A program made the translations under genes and the position numbers. A stretch of DNA of 61,108 nt from a virus (Duplodnaviria > Caudoviricetes): positions 1 to 61,108 of IMG/VR virus record IMGVR_UViG_3300007512_000037; one strand, written 5' to 3'. The notes under the pieces were generated by a model. The model ran no database searches and was not told the DNA's origin. It saw nothing but the letters and a program-made list of their open reading frames with translations. Below, piece after piece: positions 1 through 8,593 of the stretch. How positions within the stretch are numbered: the first letter of the stretch is position 1; each line of letters starts with the position of its first letter.

Positions 1-94
1 TAGGTAAAACCTAATAAAATAGTTGCGTACAATATTATTAAAATTTAGTAGGGGGTAGTAGGTAAAACCCGCACCTAAAGGCGACTGAGGTATA

Positions 95-577
95 TTACTC
101 AGGAAATTGGATATCTTTGTAGACTATATTCCAAGCCATAAATACTACAGAATTACAGACCTGCTCCATAGAAATAGACTTAACCTGGATAATCGAATTC
201 CAAGGTAATGATCTCCAAGATTCTTCTGTTAACTCATCTATAGAAGTAACACCCTGTTTGCATAAGTAATCTAAAATGAACTTATTATGGACAGAGAAGA
301 AATTGATAGCTTTGTCGGTGAAAGTACAATCTAGGTAGTCTATTAAAGAGTCAACATCGTGATTATCAAAGAACTGAGATACTTCATTTCCTTTTATTCT
401 TAGAGCCTCTAATTCTGGGTTTATAAATTCTACTTCTTGATCAGTTTCTTCTACCAAACCCACTTCAACTAAACTTACACCAGAAGTTTCATTATCTACA
501 CTAACTGAAACTTCTTCTGAGGAAGAGGATAAAGTTTTGATAACTGATTTGTTATTCATTAGAATCCTCCTTCTCAT
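95..577 (-). CDS. hypothetical protein (acidic N-terminal half)
   Basis: 160-aa ORF overlapping the end of 552..1007; true start may be the second Met. No recognisable motif. Confidence 0.65.
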   Translation of the reverse strand: MRRRILMNNKSVIKTLSSSSEEVSVSVDNETSGVSLVEVGLVEETDQEVEFINPELEALRIKGNEVSQFFDNHDVDSLIDYLDCTFTDKAINFFSVHNKFILDYLCKQGVTSIDELTEESWRSLPWNSIIQVKSISMEQVCNSVVFMAWNIVYKDIQFPE

Positions 578-1007
578 CTTTCTCGATCCTATCTAAAAGG
601 TTTTCTAACTTGCAGTAAAGGGATAAACTAATAGCTTGAGATTCACTACAAAACCCATTTAAAATCTCACTAATGATTTTTACAGCTTCTATTCTACTTT
701 CTTTTAAATCAATCTCTGGAAACTGTTCTTTCCAAAAGTCTTCTACAAAAGTAAAGTTTTTATCTGCCCCTACTTCTAACCAACCATGATCTACAGCCAA
801 ATAAAGACTCTGGTTTAAATCATGCCCTGATTGTAAAGAAGAAGTTTGATAACATTCCATACAGTCACGAAGGATAAAAGGTTTAAACCCCTGAAACTTA
901 TTAAGCATTTCCATTAACAAGCTATAAATAAAAGTGCTTTGGGTATCCAAACTATCTAACTCTATCTTCTCATATTTCATGTTTTTCCTTTTTTGCTCAA
1001 TATTCAA
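552..1007 (-). CDS. hypothetical protein
   Basis: 151-aa ORF; start more likely at MKYEK (AAGGA upstream). No recognisable motif. Confidence 0.65.
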   Translation of the reverse strand: MNIEQKRKNMKYEKIELDSLDTQSTFIYSLLMEMLNKFQGFKPFILRDCMECYQTSSLQSGHDLNQSLYLAVDHGWLEVGADKNFTFVEDFWKEQFPEIDLKESRIEAVKIISEILNGFCSESQAISLSLYCKLENLLDRIEKDEKEDSNE

Positions 1008-1091
1008 ATAATATTATAACTATACTTAAGATTACTTAAATACTAGTATAACACAGTGATTAAGAATTGTATGCTATATTCGTATACTATT

Positions 1092-1122
1092 ATAAAAAAG
1101 TGAAACCCCCGAAGGGGTTTCA
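1092..1122 (-). terminator. intrinsic terminator with UUCG tetraloop
   Basis: Minus strand reads TGAAACCCC-TTCG-GGGGTTTCA followed by CTTTTTT: perfect 9-bp stem, C(UUCG)G loop, U tract. Confidence 0.8.
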
Positions 1123-1684
1123 TACTCTTTCGCTGTATTTAACTATCTTCTAGCTTTCATTACCTTCTATTATGTGAAGTTATTTTTTATTTCATACTCA
1201 GACTAAAAAAGAATTTTAACTTATAGAGGCGAAGCCTCAAGTTAATCAAAGCAAGTATCTTTAAAAGAGACACAGATTAAAAGTGTTTACCCTGAGGAGT
1301 TGTATTGTATACAAACATTCTCAGGGCTGTAAATTATTAAAACCATCCCTTACTGGCAGTATTGTGATAGTAATGTGATACCCTGAATCATTCAAAGACT
1401 TATTTCAACTGTCTAAGCCAGTCGAAATTATTCGATAAAGCGAAGCTTCACCTAATAAAAAAAAGAAAGAAAAGGGTAAAAGAAAGAAAAACGATGCCCG
1501 TAGGGGAACATATTTTTTCATATGTTGTCAAATCCGAAATTAAAGTTTTTTTGAAAGTAGGGTAAAAACCCTTTAATACGAATTGAAATAGCTCTAATTT
1601 CTATACAAATACTAGGAAAAACTAGGAATTACGGCTATAAGTAAAAAATTTGTAGCCGGAACTACTGATTAACAGCGGAAACTA

Positions 1685-2323
1685 CTATTTTTTATAAATT
1701 CCACGAAAAAAGAACCAATTTCCATCTTTTTTTATGATTTCGTTTAAAGCTAGGAAATTCATTTTCTTAGGTTGCGGGATATCATACCCGGAGTATCTAA
1801 GCATATTCCACGCACTTTGATAGAGCCTTTCTTGGTGGCGGTCCATTTCTTCTAAAGTACGGAATACCACTTTTATATTTCTACAGGCCAGCTCATATCT
1901 TACTTGCCGGATAAGGAGGAACAGATGGCGGATGCTTTCTTCCTCTATCTCCATTCTAAAATCGAATTCCCAGTTCTCGTAGTCATCCTCGTTTAGCATA
2001 AAAGAGAAGTCTTTGCCTATAACGCATACTGTTACTAATTTATCGTTCTTAGATAAGTAGAGCTTTAATTGCTGGTAAATTTCCTGGAGGTAGGCTACTT
2101 CCCAAGTATCTTTAACTAGCATAGAACGTATGATTGCTCTTTGTTTGCTAACTAAGAATTTGTTATTGAAGAAATCAAACGATATAATACGTATTACATC
2201 GTTCTTTTTAGGTAGCCCAAACTTGAGTTGAACCTTGTTCCTGATCTTCGCCCATTCCCTAGCAAAACTTGGAAGTTTACATAATTGCATTAGCATTTGA
2301 TTTTTTCGTTTATGAGGGTTCAT
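1685..2323 (-). CDS. hypothetical protein
   Basis: 212-aa ORF divergent from the virion operon, AGGAG upstream. Confidence 0.7.
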   Translation of the reverse strand: MNPHKRKNQMLMQLCKLPSFAREWAKIRNKVQLKFGLPKKNDVIRIISFDFFNNKFLVSKQRAIIRSMLVKDTWEVAYLQEIYQQLKLYLSKNDKLVTVCVIGKDFSFMLNEDDYENWEFDFRMEIEEESIRHLFLLIRQVRYELACRNIKVVFRTLEEMDRHQERLYQSAWNMLRYSGYDIPQPKKMNFLALNEIIKKDGNWFFFRGIYKK

Positions 2324-2342
2324 CTAAATAACAATCTCCTAT

Positions 2343-2371
2343 TTGACTTCAAGCTACGTAGACCCGATAAT
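2343..2371 (+). promoter_or_regulatory. sigma70-type promoter for the packaging/virion operon
   Basis: TTGACT (2343-2348), 17-nt spacer, GATAAT (2366-2371), upstream of the ORF at 2439. Confidence 0.6.
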
Positions 2372-2438
2372 ATAACTATAGCGTTATGGTTTGGGATTAT
2401 CATGCAGATAACCGGGTTTTTCCTAATGCTATGTAATC

Positions 2439-3326
2439 ATGCCTGATACAGAAACTCAAAAAGCTAATACTCTCGGCGATCTTTCCGTAAACATAAATAG
2501 GCTTATTGATGGGGAGTCTATCGAGTCTGAGCGTAAAGACTTAGTTGCTTCTTGGTATCTCAATTCCAAGGTGTTTGAAGGGAAGTTGATTCATTCAACT
2601 AAAACCCTTGCTAAAACTATTTCTAAGAAATTAGATACTGAAATTGACCGCAAGGATATAGAACTAGATATAAGGGAAATTAAGTCTACGATTCGGACTT
2701 CCCTTTCCAACGAAGATAAGGCGGAGATAGTACAGGAACAGGTTGGGCTGATTCTTAATGAGGCACAGAAAGATAGGGGGCGGTCAGTAGAACTTTATGA
2801 GCAGTTACTTATCTCTATCGAGATTGAGCAAAAAAGGTTTGAAGAGCATAAAAGGAAAAACCCGGAACTATATGAGGGAACTGTAGAAAATAAAAAAGGC
2901 TTAGTACATCCTAGAGCAGTTTCGTTCTTTGCTACACCGATAGGTAAAAGCCTTCTATTCTATTTACAGACGCAACAACGGGTGTTATTTGAAGCCAATG
3001 ATCGGGTTTCCTCGATGCTACAGAAAATTCTGGACTTTGGTAACTCAAAAGAAACAGCCGAGCATATAAACCGTATTTTGAATCAGAACTCAGATAGCGC
3101 TAAAGAGCCTCTTACGGTTGAAAAAGCTATGGAGCTTCTTACTTACAGCTCCCCTGATCAAGATATATTACCCCAAGAATCCGGGGCGGTGGATATAGAT
3201 TATGATTCGTTTGAGGTTCCTAGCGAAAATTTAACCCCTGCGCTCCCCGGCCCCTTGCCCGGAAAAGCGCAATTAACGGACCTTACGGATGACCCTTTTT
3301 TGGAAGACTACCCGGAAGTAGCTTGA
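2439..3326 (+). CDS. putative terminase small subunit
   Basis: Position directly upstream of TerL; helical/coiled-coil character with HTH-like N-terminal part. Function inferred from synteny only. Confidence 0.5.
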   Translation: MPDTETQKANTLGDLSVNINRLIDGESIESERKDLVASWYLNSKVFEGKLIHSTKTLAKTISKKLDTEIDRKDIELDIREIKSTIRTSLSNEDKAEIVQEQVGLILNEAQKDRGRSVELYEQLLISIEIEQKRFEEHKRKNPELYEGTVENKKGLVHPRAVSFFATPIGKSLLFYLQTQQRVLFEANDRVSSMLQKILDFGNSKETAEHINRILNQNSDSAKEPLTVEKAMELLTYSSPDQDILPQESGAVDIDYDSFEVPSENLTPALPGPLPGKAQLTDLTDDPFLEDYPEVA

Positions 3327-3446
3327 CTTTAATATAAGCTAGAGCTTAGCCTTATATAGTCTATGATTGAATAGGCGTAGTCCGTATCAGGTGTGGCTCC
3401 TTGGTTGGCTTTTGGCTTGTCCAAGGGGCCTTGCTTTTTAGAGACT

Positions 3447-5024
3447 ATGAATCTAATCACCGATCCAAAACAACTTGCAATAATGAAAAAATGCAAGTCA
3501 AACCCTGGATTTTTCATAAATAACCATTGCAAGATCATTGATGCTGTAAAGGGGTTAATAAGATTTAAGCTTTTTAAGTTTCAATATTACTGTCTTGCTA
3601 ATTTTCTAAAATCTAGGTTTAGCATAATCCTAAAACCTAGACAGATGGGTATTTCCTACCTTGTCTCTAATTTCTGCCTTTGGTATGCAATCTTTTTTCC
3701 ATACAAAAATATCCTTATTGTCTCCCTGAGGGAAAGAGAAGCAAAACGCTTTTTAGAGAAAATTAAGATTGCTTATAAGGCGCTACCGGAATATATGCAG
3801 TTAGAAATCACTAACGGAAAAAAGGGGGATTACGGAACTACTACTTTGATGGAGTTTACTAATGGCTCTCGTATAGAGTCTGTGCCTACTTCCAAGGATG
3901 CGGGTAGGTCAGAGGGTTTGTCTTTGCTTGTGATTGATGAGGCAGGCTTTGTATCACATATTGAGGATATTTGGGCCGCTGCTAGACCTACTCTAGCGAC
4001 TGGTGGATCGTGCATAATTATGTCTACCATGAATGGTATAGGAAATTTCTTTTATCAAACCTGGACAAAGGCATTAGAAAAAGCGAACAGCTTTAACCCT
4101 ATAAAGCTACACTACAAAATGTTTCCCGGAAGAGACGAAGTATGGGCGGCTAAGGAATTGGCTGATCTTGGGCCTTTGAGATATGCACAAGAGGTTTTAT
4201 GTGAGGCGTTAACTTCTGGTAGAGCTTACTTTAATCTACTGTTTATGCGGGAGCAGGAGGAAGAAGTAAAAGAGAAATGGGATAAAAAGCAGCGCCCTAT
4301 TGATAAGGTAATGCAATATTTTAAAGAACAGTATGCTATAGATGAGAGTAATTACATACAAAGTGGAAGCCACGGCAGGCCTCCAGTGTATCTATCAGAA
4401 GCTTTAATCAGTAAAGAGGATTTATTGATTTGGGAGGAGCCACGCCCGGAGGCTAGATATTGCATGGGCTGTGATGCGGCTAAAGCTCTAACAGATGAGC
4501 ATGATAACCAAGCATTACAAATTGTAAACTACGAGACAAATGAGTTAGCCCTAGAATACATGGGAAAAATAAGCACTAGTCAATATACTTATTTGATCAT
4601 GTATTTGAGCTTTTATTACAATGATGCGTTTACTGCTATCGAGAGTAATTCTATTGGATGGTCTATAATAGAATTATTACTAGAGCTTGGGTTTCCAGAA
4701 GATAGCCTATATACTCAGATTAAACACCAAAGAAAACGTAGCCAATTTGAAGAAGACCAAGATACAGAAACTTTCGGGTTTTACACTAGTCAGACTACTA
4801 AGCCTATAATACTGCAGTATTTGCAAGGCTTGTATGAAGATGGTAGCTTTAAGCAGAGATCGGTTAGGGCTATAAATCAGCACTACACTTATCATTGGCT
4901 TAATAATACGGCTATAGGTGCGTTGCCGGGTTACTGTGATGACTTAGTTATGGCATCGGCTATAACACAAGAATGCAGAAAAAAATATGAGCCTTATTTT
5001 GATGTTGGGATGAGAGTTGGTTAA
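3447..5024 (+). CDS. terL: terminase large subunit
   Basis: Walker A-like LKPRQMGIS, Walker B LLVIDEAG, coupling motif MST, nuclease acidic motifs MGCD and DDLVMA. Start placed at ATG 3447 rather than GTG 3393, which lies in a hairpin. Confidence 0.95.
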   Translation: MNLITDPKQLAIMKKCKSNPGFFINNHCKIIDAVKGLIRFKLFKFQYYCLANFLKSRFSIILKPRQMGISYLVSNFCLWYAIFFPYKNILIVSLREREAKRFLEKIKIAYKALPEYMQLEITNGKKGDYGTTTLMEFTNGSRIESVPTSKDAGRSEGLSLLVIDEAGFVSHIEDIWAAARPTLATGGSCIIMSTMNGIGNFFYQTWTKALEKANSFNPIKLHYKMFPGRDEVWAAKELADLGPLRYAQEVLCEALTSGRAYFNLLFMREQEEEVKEKWDKKQRPIDKVMQYFKEQYAIDESNYIQSGSHGRPPVYLSEALISKEDLLIWEEPRPEARYCMGCDAAKALTDEHDNQALQIVNYETNELALEYMGKISTSQYTYLIMYLSFYYNDAFTAIESNSIGWSIIELLLELGFPEDSLYTQIKHQRKRSQFEEDQDTETFGFYTSQTTKPIILQYLQGLYEDGSFKQRSVRAINQHYTYHWLNNTAIGALPGYCDDLVMASAITQECRKKYEPYFDVGMRVG

Positions 5025-6460
5025 TGAAAATCTCTAATTTAGTAACTCAGTTTGCAAACCAGATCACAAAACCGGACTTCTCTTTTAGTCTCCTGGAAAA
5101 AGGAGGGGAAGCAGAGATTAAACCTACGGTCGATTTTGACTTAATGAATATTCTTACTGAAAAATCAGTATTAATTCCTGATGTATCCCAAGCGGTAAAG
5201 AATGCTCAAAACACCGGCAATACTGATTATACCCTTGAATATGAGTTCGAGGATTCAGTAAACACCGAGGAGAAGAAAGCTGAGATAATCGAAAAAGCGG
5301 CGGATGAGATTCGTAAATTTGCCCGGACTGTTTACCCTTCCTCAAATTTAAAGGGGTTTATTAACGATGCTATCGGTAACATTATGCGTAATGGTGCGAT
5401 TGGTGTTGAATGGGTTCCAAGAAATGACTTAGAGGGAATGCAAAAAGTATTGATTATCCCTACCTACTCAATCCGGTGGTTTAGAAAAAAGGCCGGAAAA
5501 CTTGAGCTAAGGCAAAAAGTACCGATCCGGCTTATGCTTGGACAGAGTAGAACTACCTTTAAGCAGTATATTAAACTCAATGCTAAAACTGTTATTTACA
5601 AAGCTTTGGAAACTATCGATGGAAACCCATACGGCGTTCCCCCTTTCTTATCTGTTTTAACCCCTCTTCAAACTCAAGAAAACTTCTTTGATAACTTGAG
5701 AAAATACGTCAAGAAACTTGGGGTAATGGGGTTTTTGAAAATTCTGTTTAGGCCTCCTGCTAAAGGAAGATCCGAGAGTGATTCTGCCTACGCCGCAAGA
5801 TTGGAGAAACTACTTGATGACAATGTGGAAAAATATAGAGGTAATTTTTCTGATGGCTTAGCCGTAGGGTTCCAAAAACATCACGAAATAGAACACCAGG
5901 ATATAGGAGCGTCAGGGAGCGCAGACGGAGCATATAAGCTTAATCAGATGAATGAGGAGCAGGTGTTTTCCGCCCTTAATCAAGACCCCGCACTAGGAGG
6001 CAGAACCTACTCTACTACTGAAACCTACGCCGGGGTAGTTTATGACAAATACCTTAACGGTATGCACATGCCTCAAAGTATGATTGCCGATATCTTATCT
6101 GTAGGATTGCAGATGCACTTAATAATGAAAGGGTTGCCAATAAAAGAAGTAACTGTAAAGTTTAAGAAAGCAAAATCCCTTACTAATAAAGTCGATGCAG
6201 AAGCTAGTTTTATGGAGCAGAAAGTTCAGCATGGTTTGTATGAAGATGGTATTACAGACCAGAATCAATATGCCGGTAATATGGGCTTTGATAAACCCTC
6301 TTTATCTGAACCTCGTTATCCCTATGCTTCGGATGTTGAAACACAAGCTGAGTTTGATAATCAAGTAAGTAAAAGGGAGGATGAAAATGGCACAAGACAA
6401 ACTAAAGACGAAAAAGAAAAAGGGGTTAAAAAATCTGAGTCAAGAACAAAGAGAAAATGA
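5024..6460 (+). CDS. portal protein
   Basis: 478 aa, coupled to TerL (TAATG); NPYGVPP motif typical of portals. Confidence 0.85.
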   Translation: MKISNLVTQFANQITKPDFSFSLLEKGGEAEIKPTVDFDLMNILTEKSVLIPDVSQAVKNAQNTGNTDYTLEYEFEDSVNTEEKKAEIIEKAADEIRKFARTVYPSSNLKGFINDAIGNIMRNGAIGVEWVPRNDLEGMQKVLIIPTYSIRWFRKKAGKLELRQKVPIRLMLGQSRTTFKQYIKLNAKTVIYKALETIDGNPYGVPPFLSVLTPLQTQENFFDNLRKYVKKLGVMGFLKILFRPPAKGRSESDSAYAARLEKLLDDNVEKYRGNFSDGLAVGFQKHHEIEHQDIGASGSADGAYKLNQMNEEQVFSALNQDPALGGRTYSTTETYAGVVYDKYLNGMHMPQSMIADILSVGLQMHLIMKGLPIKEVTVKFKKAKSLTNKVDAEASFMEQKVQHGLYEDGITDQNQYAGNMGFDKPSLSEPRYPYASDVETQAEFDNQVSKREDENGTRQTKDEKEKGVKKSESRTKRK

Positions 6461-6551
6461 AATAGAGCAACTAAAGTTTAAGAAACAAAATCTTGATGTT
6501 GACTTTATTAGGGTAAGTTCGGATATTATTAGAGGTAGTACACAGGAGTAA
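6387..6551 (+). CDS. small hypothetical protein (54 aa, not in ORF track)
   Basis: AGGGAGG SD 6 nt before ATG 6387; open frame MAQDKLKTKKKKG...RGSTQE ends 5 nt before the next gene. Confidence 0.5.
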   Translation: MAQDKLKTKKKKGLKNLSQEQRENEIEQLKFKKQNLDVDFIRVSSDIIRGSTQE

Positions 6552-6556
6552 TCACT

Positions 6557-7858
6557 ATGAAATTCACAAAAGAGCAAGTTATACAGTTCTTAAAAGCCCT
6601 CACAGAAGCAGGCAAAGAAGTAAGAACTGAGAAAGAAACTAAGGCTTTAGCTACTCTTCACGGAGAAGATGGGTCTAGTTTTCAAACTACGTTTTCCCTT
6701 AGTGAGGCTGTTGTGCAAGAAGATTCGTTACCTGAGGAAACTAAGTTAACGGAAGAGGGAGTCGCTAAGTTTGAAAAAGGGCTAGACGGCTCAAAACATA
6801 AAAGAAAAATCGAGGCCGATAAAGATAACTTTGTTTCAAAAGTTTATCGAATGCTTTCCGAGCAGGTTGTAGCCGGAATTTATGATTTTTCTCATGTCCC
6901 AGACGGTAAGAAAATTACCGCTTTAGCGCAGGCACAGAAAGATAAAAAATTCGATGATCTAAAATTCTATAAAGATCATGACCTTTCTGTGGACAAGTTG
7001 GTAGGGCTAACTACTAAATCCTGGTTCGATAATAAGAGTGAGGTTTCCGGGGTTAATACTTCGGTTTTTGTTTATAAGCCTCTGGACGAGTCTTTTGCTA
7101 TTAAATTTGCAAAGGAATTTGTGGATTCAGTTAGTGTGGGGGTTTCTTTTGAGAAGAAGCGTTCCCACGAATTTGAAGACCCCTGGGATTTTTGGTATCT
7201 GCTCGGTCACGAGGTAGATGGGGAGCTGGTTAGGTTTCTGGTAACTGAGATTAACTTTGTTCAAGAGCTGTCTTCCGTATATGACGGGGCCGATCCTTCC
7301 GCTAAAGTGGATGGTGGGTTTAGTAAGTCAGAAGCAGAAACTTTTTCTAAGCAAGAAGCTCAGGAAATGATAGAAGCAGGCACTAAGCCCCTCACTGATC
7401 AAATCACAGCCCTAACGAAAGAGCGGGACACCCTGGCAGATGACAAAGAAAATCTACAAAAACAGGTAGATGAGTTCGGTAATGCAGAAGAGTTTCAAAC
7501 TCTAAAATCCGCTTACGGGGTTAGTTTATCTACTTTTGCCAAGTTTGGTTATGATGAATTTGAACGCAAAAAGAAAGAATTACTCAAGTTTTTGCGTTTG
7601 AAAGGTAAACAGAGTTTTATTCCCACAATCGAAAAATCAGAAGATTTCAAAATGGTTTCCGATTTCTTTACTTTATACAAAGAGGAGATTGAAACTGAGT
7701 TTGCTTTGAAATGTTCGGCTTGTGGAAATGATACTACTGTAGACAGGCAATCGTCTCAAGAAGTCGAGTCGGAGCCTGTAGAGCTAACAGTTACTAGTGT
7801 GGACAAAGAGCAAGAAAAAGCTTTAGACGTATTTTGTGAAAAAGTTCACGGAAATTAA
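6557..7858 (+). CDS. prohead protease / scaffold fusion
   Basis: Between portal and capsid; KDHD, SVSVG and ELSSVYDGADP motifs resemble HK97/herpes-type maturation proteases; C-terminal coiled coil with CxxC. Confidence 0.75.
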   Translation: MKFTKEQVIQFLKALTEAGKEVRTEKETKALATLHGEDGSSFQTTFSLSEAVVQEDSLPEETKLTEEGVAKFEKGLDGSKHKRKIEADKDNFVSKVYRMLSEQVVAGIYDFSHVPDGKKITALAQAQKDKKFDDLKFYKDHDLSVDKLVGLTTKSWFDNKSEVSGVNTSVFVYKPLDESFAIKFAKEFVDSVSVGVSFEKKRSHEFEDPWDFWYLLGHEVDGELVRFLVTEINFVQELSSVYDGADPSAKVDGGFSKSEAETFSKQEAQEMIEAGTKPLTDQITALTKERDTLADDKENLQKQVDEFGNAEEFQTLKSAYGVSLSTFAKFGYDEFERKKKELLKFLRLKGKQSFIPTIEKSEDFKMVSDFFTLYKEEIETEFALKCSACGNDTTVDRQSSQEVESEPVELTVTSVDKEQEKALDVFCEKVHGN

Positions 7859-7878
7859 ACTAATTTGGAGGAATTGAC

Positions 7879-8589
7879 ATGGCTAAAAATCGAATGGTGC
7901 AGGAACGGGGCTTACAGCTTACGTTTACACCTAAAACAGGGGTAACTCTGGCGGAAAATGATCAAGTCAGCCTGTCGGGATCGAAAGAAGTTACTAAGAG
8001 TAGTAACGGCAATCCCTTAGCCCTTGGGCGAGTAATTGTCGATGCGACTGGCGTTGTTAACAACTCCAAAGTAACTGTTAGAACCGATTACGGCTCTTTG
8101 ATTAATTATGTAGCGGGCGAGGCTATTAGTGCCGGGCCTGTAATCTTGGGCGCTGATGGTAAAGTCTACGAATGGCATAGAAATACTGCTAACGGCGGGG
8201 CTACTATTACAATCGCAGGAGGAAATGCAGCAGGAACTACTGGGAATAAGATCACGATTGACGGTGTAGACATTACGTTTAACACAGCAAACGGGGATAC
8301 TCCTACAGTTACAGCTACGGCTATTACGGCTCTTATTAATGACAATATTGAGCTAATTAATAAAGGATTGTTTGCTACCTCATCGGGGGCTGTAGTTACT
8401 GTCTCTGCTCCGGGTAAAACTGGAAACGGAATGACAATGGCTAAGACTATTGATGCGGGGGAAACACAGACGTATACTATTCCGGCTACTATTGCCAGCG
8501 GGGTAGGGTATATTGACGCAGCTTTGCATGGATTAGCAATCGAAACCAAGGCTATTACTGAAACTGTGCAAGTTTTGGTGAAGGAGTAA
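7879..8589 (+). CDS. head decoration / cement protein with inserted beta domain
   Basis: Directly upstream of the capsid gene; AGEAISAG and HGLAIE..TETVQVL motifs typical of decoration proteins. Confidence 0.65.
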   Translation: MAKNRMVQERGLQLTFTPKTGVTLAENDQVSLSGSKEVTKSSNGNPLALGRVIVDATGVVNNSKVTVRTDYGSLINYVAGEAISAGPVILGADGKVYEWHRNTANGGATITIAGGNAAGTTGNKITIDGVDITFNTANGDTPTVTATAITALINDNIELINKGLFATSSGAVVTVSAPGKTGNGMTMAKTIDAGETQTYTIPATIASGVGYIDAALHGLAIETKAITETVQVLVKE

Positions 8590-8593
8590 TATC

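Noticed and set aside
1008-1684. CRISPR mini-array or tRNA genes
   Set aside because: No regularly spaced direct repeats and no cloverleaf with T-loop consensus recognised by eye.
3393-3446. N-terminal extension of TerL from GTG 3393
   Set aside because: Region forms a GGCTCCTTGG/CCAAGGGGCC hairpin; ATG 3447 gives a more typical start.
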